Source of the DNA: Felis catus
Lineage: Eukaryota
Reading direction: 5' to 3'
DNA: 64,000 nucleotides
Assembly (NCBI RefSeq): GCF_018350175.1
Contig: NC_058368.1
Coordinates: forward strand, 31,994,001 to 32,058,000
Shown here: in pieces, positions 39,964 through 52,420 of the stretch
How the letters are laid out: each line of letters opens with the position of its first letter
How positions within the stretch are numbered: position 1 is the stretch's first letter
Position numbers and translations under genes: made by a program
Notes under the pieces: model-generated
What the model was told of the DNA's origin: nothing
Database searches by the model: none
The model's input: only the letters and a program-made list of their open reading frames with translations

Positions 39964-40269
39964 GCCTTTTGGCACTGATGAGAGTTCTATCTCAAGGATA
40001 TAATAGGCTAATATCTCACATGACAGTAGGGCAAAGGATTAGAGTACTTTTGGAGATTATATGTTTGTCATTTTTGTGCCTTTAGTACAAATAATGTGTA
40101 CAAGGAGTAAAATGTGAATATTCATTTATTGTGAGTAGTTAGTTTGTAATGAAACTGTGGTTTAAATGTTAATTTGTTGCACACATATGTGTCTAATTTA
40201 TGTTTAAAATGACATAAACAAGTTACTTTCTTTGAGTTACTTATGGTAGTCAGTCATATAATTTAATTA

Positions 40270-41045
40270 AGATGTTCTGTCTAAATCTCTTCCACGTAGA
40301 TCATTTGAACTGCATCTTCACTTTCCTCCAACCTGTGAACCCCTCCAGAACCAAACCTGCTTTTGTCCAGTCTTTACTAAATCATTTAAAGTTGTCATCG
40401 TTGTCCTAGCCTCTGGCTGTCATCTTTAATCTGGGCCAATTCCAGAGAGCCTCCTCAATTGTTGCTCTTCTTCCACACTCCAGATAGCAGCCCAAGTGTG
40501 CATTGAAAAATATAAATCACATCAGTCCCTTTTTGCTTAAGACTTGCCAAAGGATTTCTGATAAAACAGGAATACAGTTCAAATGTTTTCTTCAGTATTA
40601 GCTCAATTCTCCTCATTCTTCAAGCTTCTCTCTTCCTCTCTCACACTGTGCTCCAGCATGCTGTAATCCCTTGCTATCTCTCAATCTTCCCCACATGGTC
40701 CCTCTATTGTGACTCTTGTGGGTGCTTTCCCTGATCCTTGATACCCTTTCCCCTAGATATTCATGAAACATCTCTTATGTTTTAGGGCTTTCATGAGATG
40801 TTACTAAAGGAGTGGACTTTCAGACAATGTATCTAAAATATCCAGTGAGATGTGTCTTACTTTGGTCTCTAAGAAATTACTTAGCTTTATTTTTTCCCTA
40901 GAATTTATCACTTTTGGAATTCTTAATTTTGATTAATTTATCTTCTTATTATTTGTTTTCCTGAATTTGACTGACTTATTTCCCATTTTTCTTATTGGAT
41001 AAGGCAACCAATAAAGATTTATTGAATTGATACACAATTGAATAA
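40270..41045 (+). mobile_element. Degraded L2
   Basis: aaatataaatcacatcagtccct...gcttaag, cactgtgctccagc and the caataaagatttattgaattga end. Confidence 0.55.
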
Positions 41046-41708
41046 ATGGTACATTATGTGAAATTGTATAAAAACTGGTAAATATTGCCTTTTTCCCAAT
41101 TATGTTACCCTAGTATGATAAAGGAACCCTAATAACTAACTGCTATGAATTAGTCCATATAATCTTATTCTTTTATTGTTTTCTATTAGGAAAAAGAGAG
41201 ATTCTGAACTCTTTCAGAATCTTTACATACACAGTCATGTACACAGTTTGGTCCATCGACAGTTTAGACAAAGTGTCCCTATACTGCATATTGTATGCTG
41301 ATTTAACATTACAATTTTAAATGTGTTAATGATCAAGAGTTAAAATTATTCATAATTTTTATATTATAATAATATATTTTATATGTCTTCATCATCACAA
41401 AATTATTGCTAATGTAAGGAGGGAGGGAATTGAGTTACTAACTCATAAAAATACTTTTGATATAGGTATATAACAAATTACTTTATTGAGTTATGTCTGT
41501 TTCCTTGGGAAAAATATTGAACTTGAAGATAGTTGGTTTGATAGTGAATCCTCTAATGCCTACCAGTCAAATGCTGGTTAACTGCACACTTATTAATGAC
41601 CTTGAATGAGTAGTTTTTATTTTTTTGCTTCCTCCTCTCTACAAATATGAGTGAGAGCATCTGGCACGGTAGAAATGCTCAGTATGTGTTCTTTGTTTTT
41701 GTTAGTAG

Positions 41709-42089
41709 CTCAGAATAAAATCATTTGAGCTGAACATTGTGAATCAAAGGATATTTGACATTAACATGGAGAATATAAATACAAATTAAAAGGGAGCTTG
41801 TGTTATATTTTAAAAATAAGAGTGCCTGGGAGGCTCACTAGGCTAACTGTCCAACTTTTAATGTCAGCTCAGGTCACAATCTCACAGCTCCTGTGTTCAA
41901 GCCCCGCGTCTGGCTCTGTGCTGACAGCACAGATGCTGGGAGAATCTGGGATTCTGTTTTTCCCTCTCTCTGCCCCTCCCCTGCTCTCTCTCTTGCTTTC
42001 TCTCTCAAAATAAATAAATAAACTTTAAAAAGTAGTTTCTCTGACCTCTATCTAGTTGTACAGAATTGATACACTGAACATATCTGCCA
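41709..42089 (+). repeat. Copy 2 of the local duplication, interrupted by a CanSINE
   Basis: Similarity to copy 1 resumes after the SINE (ctgacctc...tagttg...agaattgata...ctgaa.atatc.gcca). Confidence 0.85.
41819..42031 (+). mobile_element. CanSINE
   Basis: agtgcctgggaggctcac head, CT tract, aaataaataaa tail. Confidence 0.92.
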
Positions 42090-42206
42090 AACTTCAATCA
42101 TATCTCACCAAGATTACAGCAGCACTTTCCCACCTGATTTGTCCACTCACTTCTTCTCTTGCTTGTCAGTAATTCACTTGCACCCCCAAATCAGGGTGAT
42201 TATTTT

Positions 42207-42398
42207 TTTAATTTATTTATGTTGAGAGAGGTGGGGGTGAAGGGCAGAGAGAGAGCGAGCGAGCGAGAGAGAATCCCAAGCCACTCCACAACAGCAGTAC
42301 AGAGCCCAAGGCAGGGCTTGACCTTAAGAACGATGAGATCGTGACCTGAATGGAAACCAAGTGGTGGAAGCATAACTGACAGAGCCACCCTGGCACCC
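42207..42398 (-). mobile_element. CanSINE (older, diverged)
   Basis: TSD cagggtgattatttt/caggatgattatttt; head ending ccaccctggcacccc. Confidence 0.9.
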
Positions 42399-42734
42399 CA
42401 GGATGATTATTTTAAAGAACAAATTTTGATTATGTTACTCTCTTAGTGGTGTGCAATTCACCTTACATTAAATTTATATTACTTGCCCTAGCCTAAAGAT
42501 TCCTACCTATTTCTCCAACTTTATTTTCTTTTACTCTAGAAATGATGCTCTATCAACCATGTTTTACATGATATTCCTTAAATACAGCAAGCCTTTTTCC
42601 AACCTTACATCTTTTGCTTTTGGTATATTTTTTTCTTAGACCTTCCCACAAGTCTTCAAAGCTGCTTCATTTTGTTCCTCTAGATCTGATTGTAAATGTT
42701 ACCTTCTTAAAGGATTCTATCTCATGAATATTTG

Positions 42735-43753
42735 CCATCCTTTCTGGCTGCTCAGCATCTTTTGAACACATTTCCTGTTTGGAGAATTCCTTACATATGA
42801 TTTCCACTTCCCCAGTGTGGAAACCAAAATACACATTCTCCTTGGCTCCCTTGAGAGTGAGTCACAGATACATGACTCAATCCCACCAGTTAAACATGTC
42901 TATATCAGACTTCTTATGCCGGAGATTGCTAATGCTTTCCCCCGATTATCCTCACCCCTTCTTCTGTAGTAACAGGGATTACCTGGGCACATGGTACAGC
43001 ATATCTGTTCATGCTGTCCAAGCTCCCTTGTGGTGATGATTAGGGACTAGGTTCTAGCAAATGGCAGGTGAGCGAGAGTGCCCTTGAAAGGAAAGGAAGA
43101 TATCCTCCTCCCATGTCTTTCATATCTCTTTGAACTGGTAGACATAATAATAGAGCCCGATATTGAGAAGAGCAGCATGCAAGATTAAGGAATTTGGTCT
43201 CCTAAAATACAGCTGTCATGTCAGCTCAAGCTACTTGCACTCCGAATTTTATTGCCTGAGAGAATTGTTTTTTGAGCCTCTTTTATATTTGCATCTTTGT
43301 TGCAGCAGCTGGTATATGTACCCTAATTAATATTTTTCAGTTCAGGTATGAGCAAATGAGAATGCAAAAGCCATTGCTTAGAATCTTTTCATTTTTATTT
43401 CTTTAGGTTTTATTTGCTTATTGTTTTGTTTTGCTCTTTGCTTGTTTTGCAAAAGCTGTAGGTGAGGTATCCATTTTTTTTAAGGCAGCAAGTTGTTCCA
43501 GTATTGTTCCTTGCACACAATAGCTTTGGTACTCAAGTTTAAACAGTCAAGCTTAGTTCCTGGCTTAGAACTGCTTGGCATTCCCAATTTCCTTTTCAGT
43601 GCTCTTTTGCCATGTTTTGTTGTGATGGTTCTGGAAGTTTAGCCTCAACCTAGTTCTTCAGTCTTCCAAGAATTCCAAGCTAGTCAATATCCTTTTCTAT
43701 TTATTCAGTCAAAGTCAGCTTCTATTGCCTACAAGTAAGAATCCTGATGTAAC
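42735..43753 (+). mobile_element. Degraded nested LTR fragments (LTR33/LTR16-like with an MLT1-like insert near 42914-43333)
   Basis: 3' ends ctttgttgcagcagc...accctaattaata and gtcagcttctattgcctacaagtaagaatcctgatgtaaca resemble MaLR and ERVL LTR termini. Confidence 0.45.
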
Positions 43754-44460
43754 ACTCCACCTAACCAACATTTGACATAGATCTCTTTAGTACTTTCCAT
43801 TCCATTATCCAGTGTGTTTCTTTGAAAGCAGTTATCACATTTCTTTAAGTATTAACTGAGTATAAATTTCACAGACTATAAATTTAGCTGTTCCTGAAAG
43901 TACCTTTGTCCAGTGATTGTTACTTTCTATCTCAAGCATCACTGTGCTGAGGACAGACCATTTCCATGTAGTGGAGGGGAAACCAAGTCATCTTGTATTC
44001 TTTCTGTCAATGTGCATGTTTCCCATCTTCCCATTTTAGTATCTAAATTCCTGGGGATTTGTAGAAAGGAGCAATAAATATAGCCTATAGTTTTTGGAGG
44101 GAGAGAGTGTGCCTTTGAAAGTTAGCACACTGGAGAATGTAATTCCTACACTTGCCTGCATACTACGAAATTGGTTTTATCTCCCTAAGTTTGTCTTAAT
44201 TTCTACACTCTTATGGATTCCTTCTTCATCCTCCCAATTTAATTAACATTATTTTGACTATTGTAGAGAAACTGATTTTTATTATTTTATAGTTTGCCCC
44301 CTTTTCAGGTTTATTTTATACATATTAGGCACTGGGACCTTCAGATTTAGGCTTTTGAAAATTTAGCCTTTGGAAATGCAAAAGTATTTTTCTCAAACTG
44401 TTATCTTTTGTTACAAGTTTTGAAATCCTCATTTTGAAACTGAAATTAAAAATTGAATGC

Positions 44461-44670
44461 AGGATGTCTGAGTGGCTCTGTTATTTAAGCTGCAGATTCT
44501 TGATTTCAGCTCAGATCACGATCTCATGGTTCGTGAGATTGAGCCCCACATAGGGCTCTGTACTGACAGTGCAGGAAGATTGCTTCTGATTCTCTCTCTC
44601 CCTCTCTCTTTACCCCTTCCCCACTCATGCCTACTGTCTCTCAAAATAAATAAATTTAAAAATTTCTTTG
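44461..44670 (+). mobile_element. CanSINE (older type)
   Basis: ggatgtctgagtggctc head, ctcatggttcgtgagattgagcccc; flanks aaaaattgaat. Confidence 0.92.
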
Positions 44671-44920
44671 AAAAAATTGAATTTGTATTTCCTCTTCACA
44701 TTTCTTCTGTCACTCTCCTTCTTCCTGGAATCTTAAGAGTGGTATGCCTAGTAACCTGAGATAGAGAGTCTTGTAGGAATTGTAAGAATTTTAAGGAGGA
44801 GTTTAATTGTAAATTCAATTTTATTTAGTAGTTTTTTTTAATATTCACAATTTTTTTGCTTCCAGTTCCAGTTGTTACATTTTTAAAAGAATTTTTCTTA
44901 TTTCTTTTATGTTTTCAAAT

Positions 44921-45142
44921 TTTTTTTTAATTTTTTTTTAACGTTTATTTATTTGTGAGACAGAGAGAGACAGAGCATGAACAGGGGAGAGTCAGAGAGA
45001 GAGGGAGACACAGAATAGGAAATAGGCTCCAGGCTCTGAGCTGTCAGCACAGAGCCCGATGCGGGGTTCGAACTCACGGACCGCGAGATCATGACCTGAG
45101 CCGAAGTTGGACGCTTAACCGACTGAGCCACCCAGGCGCCCC
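44921..45142 (-). mobile_element. CanSINE (fairly young)
   Basis: Head ending ccacccaggcgcccc; flanks gttttcaaattt. Confidence 0.96.
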
Positions 45143-45275
45143 TAAGTTTTCAAATTTATTTGGAAAAAAATGCTCTTCAAATTAAAGCTTCTTTGGGTAT
45201 TGTTAGTGTATATCAGAACTGTAGTGATGTCCTAATTTTTTAAATTGACATTATGTGTACTCTTAATTATTACTA

Positions 45276-45375
45276 TTTTGTAAATGTTTATTTATTTTGA
45301 GACAGTGAGAGAGAAAGAGAGCACACATGTGCATATGTGTGTGAGAAGGGTAGGGGCTGAAAGAGATAGGGAGAT
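45276..45375 (-). mobile_element. Truncated CanSINE 3' fragment
   Basis: aatgtttatttattttgagacagtgagagag...ggggctgaaagagatagggaga, head absent. Confidence 0.65.
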
Positions 45376-46018
45376 AAATTAATAATTTTAACAAATAAAC
45401 TTTTAGTATGACCATTTTATTATATTTTTAGTTTTAATTAATGTACTATTTTCTATTTTCTCTACTTTTATTAAATCTAGTATTCTTTTTTTCTGAATTC
45501 TTGAAATGGGATAGATATTTAATTAATTAATATTGCCTACAACCTTCCTGTATACATACATTTAAATCGTTAAGTTTTATTTGAATATAACTTTCTGTGT
45601 CTGATAATTCCATTGGCTCTCCTGTATATCTATGTTAAATGATAATCTTTTTTTAATTTTTTAATCACAACTTTTGTGATTATATATATAGTTATTTTTG
45701 AGTTCTATGAATTGTACTTGACAGGCATACATTTTATTTTAATGATTGTATAAATATTTTGAAATTATATGATATTTTGTTATATTCCCCTTTAGAGGAT
45801 TTACTTTTGCTTTTGACTGACAATGGGGTAGAGGTGTTAAAATTAGTTTAATTCAATCAGAAATTTAATAAAATAATGAATTAACTTGGGCCTTATTCCA
45901 TATGAATAATTTTTAAAGTTTCTCCTTTCTAGTTCACCTTTACTCTTGCAATGTGTTGCTGTGGGAGCTGAATTTAAATCATAGGGTCTGATGCCAGATT
46001 TTTACCCTAGACTTATGA

Positions 46019-46216
46019 TTTTTTTAAAATTTTATTTATTTTGAGAGAGACAGTAAGCATAAGCAGGGGAGGGGCGAAGAGAGAGGGGTACAGAGGGCCC
46101 AACACAGGCTTTGTGTTGACAGTAGAGAACCTGATGTGGAGCTCAAACTCACGAACCCAAGATCATGACCTGAGCCAAAGTCAGACACTTAATCTACTGA
46201 GCCACATGTGCATCCC
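46019..46216 (-). mobile_element. CanSINE
   Basis: GA tract, gatcatgacctgagccaaagtc, head ending gccacatgtgcatccc. Confidence 0.9.
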
Positions 46217-46599
46217 TCTTTCAGTGTATTCTAAATAGACATTTTAAGGCTCTCAGTGCCTTATTAGGAATTGTCGGATGCTGGTAATGCAAAAACAATT
46301 CCTAATGCTAGACCGGCTTCTTTAAGCTTTGTTCTTTTTACATATCTTAGACCCACAAACCCTCACTCTTTGGTTGGATTACTCAAGTTTTTAAGATCTT
46401 CATATATTTATAAAGCTTTTCTAGTTGTTCTCAGTCAAAAGAGTTAGTCTGAATCATCAAGTTCATCATTACCAAGTATATTTTTCAAATTTTTTTCATT
46501 TTCCCTTTATCCCTCTACTTCCATATGCTGTTATTATCATCACTTGAAGCACTTTTATAATTTTGTTCTTGTTGTCCAGGACTACTTTTGACCAATTAT

Positions 46600-47420
46600 C
46601 TCAGTTACTGTCTCTTAGGAAAAAAAAATATGCTACTTTTTATCCTGAAGAATATTTTGTTGTGTGTTGAATTCTGAGTTTTCAATTATTTTCTTTAAAC
46701 ATTGTCTTCTGGCTTCTATTGTTACTTTTGAAAAGACGGCTATCAATCTAACTCTTGCTTCCTTGAAGAAACTATCTCTTCACCTTTGGGATAGTCTCAG
46801 ATATTGTGTGTTCAACAATTACTTTTGCTACTTTTTCTCCTCTCCTCTTGGAGAATGAGTTAAATGTATATTGGACCTTTTTTTGTCTCCTTAAACCTTT
46901 TATACTTGTATTTTCCTTCATATTGTTTTTCTGTGGTTGATTTTGATATTTTTATTATAACCTATCTTCCACTGTACTAATTCTCTTTACAATTCTGTCT
47001 AATATGTATTTAGAAACATTTACTGATTTCTTTTTTTGTTTGTTTGGTTTATATTATCATTTCATTCAAGATTTCCCATTTGATTCTTTAGATTACAATT
47101 CTGTGATAAATTTGTTAATTTACCCTTTAATATTTTAAACATGTTTCTAAAATTTATCTGGTTTTGTTTTTGATTTTTGATTTTGTCTGTTTTTGCTAAC
47201 TCCTAAATCTGGAGACATCCTGGATTCTGTTTGTACTTTATATAATTTCTTCTGCTTCCTTGGGTCATTTTGTCTTTTCTTTTTCTTATTATTTTTCGTT
47301 GTATGATGGCTCTTGTACTATAAAATTTCCATGGAGGTAACTTGAGGTATATGACAGCATTATGTTCCTCCAGATAATATCTAAATTTACATTTGCTAGA
47401 CACAAATTAACCTATTTGAA
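46600..47420 (-). mobile_element. Ancient L1M fragments
   Basis: T-rich; cattgtcttctggcttctattgttacttttgaaaag and aattctcttt...tgtctaat are typical antisense L1M sequence. Confidence 0.55.
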
Positions 47421-47869
47421 TTGGGTTTGTTAGATATAAATGTTATAATGAATTTTATTGTATTATTTTTTATTTGTTAGGATCTAATTTTAGAAATTGG
47501 TATGAATTAAAGATGAGCTACAATCCCCTATGAATATCTGAAATATATCTGTTTTTCCATTACTTCAAGGATGCAATCCTTCAGAGTCTCTTCTTGGTTT
47601 TGACTTCTAGTTCTGTCAACCTAGCCTCCAAAGATTGTCAAGAAATTCCTTTAGCCTTCAAGCCCAGCTTGAATTGGCAAAGCCCCAGATGATAACGGTA
47701 GTTACAAATGTCAGGTTTAACAGGGTCGGTTTTTGACTTTCTGTTATCTTGGCTTAGTAAATCTTCAACAGAGAGATGATCAAATTTATGTAGTCTGTCT
47801 TTATCCTAAATGGATTTTTTTCTTAATCTATTTTTAATGCACAATTCTATTTATTCAACTCTTTATTCA

Positions 47870-48700
47870 AGGATTTCTTTGTTAATTCAAAAACACCTTT
47901 CCAGTCACTGGTGTTTATGTAGCATGGAGACAGATGCTAGGAATTCAGAAATAAAATTCAGGCTATTTCTCAAGAATTTTAGATTTTATTGTCATAAACA
48001 GTTAGTATACAGAAAGTTACCATATATTTTGATAAGTGTTATGCATATGAAGGCACTGAGGACTAAGGAAGAATTATAAAGGTATTCTAAATCATCTGGG
48101 AATGCTAGGGAATGCTTCCTTAAGGAGTTCATTAGAATTGATAGTTGGATGAGTAGGAGCTAGTCAGGTATGAAAAAAGTGAGGGAGAATTCATGTGTGG
48201 GAGTTGATCCAAGAGGGAATTGTATGATGAGACACCAAATTAGATCGATGATAACTTTGGTTTGTGAGGTATATCAAAGAAGCAGAGGTTGAAATTCCAG
48301 GGAACTTTATATCCTACAAAATAATTTGGATTTTTGTCATGAATAGAGTGTAGAAGCATCAAGCACTTTTGAAAGAGAGCTGACAAGGTCTGGTTTTAAT
48401 TTTAGAGGATAAAGTTCAGAAGACATTTGTATGTATGAAATTATTAGATTAGTGGCGGTGGCTCAGATTATAATCATTGATGTCCCATGATATTTAGCAG
48501 ATGAAATACAGAGTAATTTGTTGCAAATTGGATAAAGAAAAAGTGAAAAAGATGTCAAGAACAATTATAGGCTTTCTTCTGGGGTGAATGCCATATTGTA
48601 TGCCATTAAATAGGATGGAGGATTCAGTGAGAGAAATAGGTTTGGAAGGTGCTGGAAAGAAGTTAATTTTTAATTTCATTTCAAATGAGCTATTGAGCAT
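47870..48700 (-). mobile_element. Degraded L2
   Basis: Purine-rich; gaatgcttcct, ggatgagtaggag, ttggatttttgtc and gtttttaattttagagg resemble antisense L2. Confidence 0.5.
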
Positions 48701-50474
48701 GTGTTAATCTGAAGCTTAGAAAACCCTTGTTTTGAATCATCTGGCTTAACAATTTGAAGAGGAAGTATAATTGGCTTCAAATGAAAATTAATATAAGATT
48801 ACAAGAAATGCTCATAATTTAGCAGAAGGAATAATTAGCTGTATTGTAGACTAGTCTAGTTTATAATTTGTTTTTTAAATTTACATATGTAGAGACTTTA
48901 ATAAATGTCTAAGTAAACAGACATCAGGATTTTCTTTCTTTGTCTTTGCTTTTTTTCCTCTATTCTTTCCCTCCTTTTTACCACTGTATTTCTTTTTTTT
49001 CTTTTTCCTATATGTCATCAAAATTAAGAATTAAGAAAGCTAAAGTAAAATTATATCATGGAAACTTTATTATGCTACATGATCTTGGAGAGCTATGGTG
49101 TTCATAATGCTTTGAAAAGGTAACATTGGAAAAGGTAACATTGCCAAAGTAAATTATTTACTCAGATTTTTCTTTGTTTTGCAAGTCTTTTATAGCTTAA
49201 ACTGTTTTATTTACTTAGGCATAACATGCATATTAAATTATGATGGTTGAGATTTGCAATTTTGTTATTTTTATATTACATATTTCCTTCATTTGTCAGA
49301 TTTTTAAAAATGTATTTCTGTATGTAGTATTCAGTTAATGTTGGGCTTTCAAATGGTATGTGGTTATCTCATTCTTAGTTAAAAATTTAATTTATATTTT
49401 CAAACATATTTTATCTAAAATTTTTAAATCATATTTCTCTTCATGTTAATCTTTTAAATGATGCAATTTGGTGTTGGGGTGGATACTGACCTAAGGACAC
49501 TGAAATGAACAATGTCTCTCAAGACAAAAAGAAAACAGGAATATTTACAGATATAAAAGTAGTTATTCAAAACTTCTGTTATGAAAGAAATGATGCTAGA
49601 TTCATATCAGATGTGGAGAAAAATAAACTGTCATTTACCATGAAATTTCATAGAAATGTAAATAAGCAATATCTAAATCTGATAAATGTGTTTTAATTCC
49701 TAGAAACATTTTTTTTTCAGTGTTTTTAATACAAGTCTTTCATAGACTTTATGCATAGTTATCTGAAGGGCTTTTTGAAGATAATGTCAATATCCCCTTA
49801 AGGAACTGTGAAGGAATTTGAATTGTGTTGTTATGATGCTTTCATTATTCCAGTATTCCAGTGTACATATGTTTCATGTGTTTTAGATCACACGTTCCTA
49901 AAATATAAAACCTGAAATGTTCCACAGCCTGTGGTTATTGCTTATAGTTATTATTTCATTTATTGAATTTTGACCTACTGGCCAGAATCTGTCTGTTTGC
50001 ATTCTGGTGCATTTTGATGATTATAACTTGTAGGTGAATATCTAAAAATTACAATAATAATAACAATTTTTGGTCACAAGGGAATTTTAAGATGGTGTTG
50101 ATTGCTAGAGATATAATATGTCCAATACGCTACTCCTTTTCCTTAATGAATTCATAACAATATGTTAAATTCAAGAGATATTTACAGAGCTCAGAGCATG
50201 GCGTGTAATGTGGTTTGGAATGTAAGCAAATGTGGGCATGAAAAAATTATTTCAGAACTGCTATGTAGAAGGAGCCACTTATTTCAAGAATGAAAATTAA
50301 GATGATGAGAGAGAGCAATTAATACAGGTAAACAAAGACTCTCAGGTTTTTCTTTTTAATTTACTATGGAATCATGAATTTGACAAAACTGAAACAAATC
50401 ACAGTTTGTATCAGTATAATAATTTTTCTGTGCATAATGAGACAGTAATCCTGTGGTGCTCCACAATGGCTCTT

Positions 50475-50750
50475 TCTTTTGGAATTGTATGTTCAGCCTT
50501 TGGACAGTAATATTTCTTGATAAATGACAACTTAAACAGAGGTACACAGGTATTGAAAAAACTTGAAAATATATCACATGAGAAATAGTTAAAGGAACAA
50601 GGTGTGCTAAATTGATAAAATGGAAAGTCTTGAGAATACACATAGCTCCCTTAAATATTATAATAGCTGTTATATAGCACAGGAAAAGTGTGCAGCTATT
50701 AATAACTTATCTAGGAACAGCTAGTGGGTGTTGTTATAAAAAGATTGTTA
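50475..50750 (+). mobile_element. L3/CR1 LINE fragment
   Basis: tatgttcagcctttgg...gaaaatatatcacatgagaaatagttaaaggaacaaggtgtg...atagctcccttaaatat resembles the CR1/L3 3' ORF2 consensus. Confidence 0.55.
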
Positions 50751-51107
50751 TTGGTTTAATGATCATTTTCTAGATACAACTTGCATAGTGTGAAACACAT
50801 ATATCTTAAGTGCACAACTTGAGTTTTGACAAACATAACCACTCATAACAAACACATTTATCACGATATAGAATATTTTCATCATGCCAGAAAACTACCT
50901 CATGACCACTTCCAACCCATTCCTACCTGCCATAACAGCCACTGTTCTGATTTGTCCCTATAGATGAGTTGGTATTTTTTTTAATTTAATATTGAGTCAA
51001 ACTGTTTGTACTATTTTGTGTGAGGAATCTTTTGCCCATCATTTTACTCATTTTTATTTCAGTGTAGCATTATATTACATGAGTATATAATATTTTGTTT
51101 ATGATTT

Positions 51108-51611
51108 TGTTCTGGTTATCTGTTTCTGTGTAATTGTCACAAAACAGCAATTATCATCTCTAACAGTTCTGAGGATTAACTGGGCTCAGCTGGGCAGTAA
51201 TCACTCAGGGTTCTCCTGCAGTCACAGTCAGATTGACACTGGGACTAGAAGTCCCAAATGGCTCAGTCTCATGACTGGCAGTTGATGCTAGATGTTGGCT
51301 GGGTTTTTAGTTGGTTTGTCAGCCAGAGTGCCACCTGATGGCTGTTCATGTAGCTTGGACTTCTCATAGCATCATGATTGGGTTCTGTGAGAGACCGTAT
51401 CGAGAGAGAATGTTCCAAGAGACTCAAGTGGAAGCTCAAGACTTCTTATGAACCAGTGTTGGAAATCATGAAACTTCATAATTGGTATATTCCATCAATC
51501 AAAAACAAATTATAAGAGCAACACAAAACTCAAAGAAGAGGAGAACGTAAGGGAATGAGTAACAGGAGGTATGATTAATTGAGCAGTCATCTTTGGAGAC
51601 AAAGTACCACA
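51108..51611 (-). mobile_element. MaLR solo LTR (MLT1H-like) nested in an old L1 3' fragment (about 50760-51790)
   Basis: TG...CA; actgggctcagctgggcag, ggcagttgatgct, gcttggacttctcatagcat, atgttccaagaga; L1M-type 3' UTR sequence on both sides. Confidence 0.8.
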
Positions 51612-51899
51612 TCACTCTAATGTTGATGAACATTTTGGTTATCTTTAGATTTTGCCTATTATTCTTAAAGCTGCTACAAAAGTTATTATAGAAGTATTTT
51701 TGGACATATATTTCATTTTTCTTAGGTGCATACATAGAATTGGGATTGCATAGAATAGGTGTAGTTTACGTTTACAAGAAATATCAAGCCATCTCAATGC
51801 ACAAGGAGGCAAGGCAAAAAGAGGAAACAAGATGTGCAGAAGAAGATACCCAAGACTGCAATTCAGTGTTGTGACATTGAGGTTCTGGGGATATGCCAA

Positions 51900-52420
51900 G
51901 AGAAAAATTTGGGAAGAAGCTGTACACTACATTAAGACTTTTGGATCTTATTTTATATATACAGCGAGGGACCATTAAAAAGTTTTAAGCAGAGGGAATG
52001 ACACAGTTTTGAATTTTTAAAACATATCTCAGTCAAATCATGGAAAATGGAATGGACTTATGATAGATGAATGAAGATATTTTAGATCCCTGCAAAAAGA
52101 GCGGTGGTGGCCATGAAGACTGAGAGATGTAGATGATTTGAGATATATTTGGGAAACCTCATTGATAGGACGTGTTTTGGGACTGGAAGCAATGAATGAA
52201 ACAAGGTTGGGTCTATGACTAGAACATCTGGGAGATCGGTGGTGTGTTTCTCTGACATGGAGAACATCACAGAGGAGCTATGGTGGAGGGAAATCAAGCA
52301 AGTTAGTATTCACCCTGTTGAATTTTAGCTATTTTTATGAGTAGACAATTTTTGTAAAGAGTTAGATACATGAGGTGGAGCTCATGTGAAATATCTGAGT
52401 TGGAAATGGAAATTTGAGAA
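51900..52420 (-). mobile_element. Degraded L2
   Basis: gacttttggatcttatttt...agttttaagcagagggaatgac...gatttgagatatattt...ggaaatttgaga. Confidence 0.6.

Noticed and set aside
49114..49143. 15-bp tandem duplication gaaaaggtaacattg
   Set aside because: Common small duplication with no further structure.
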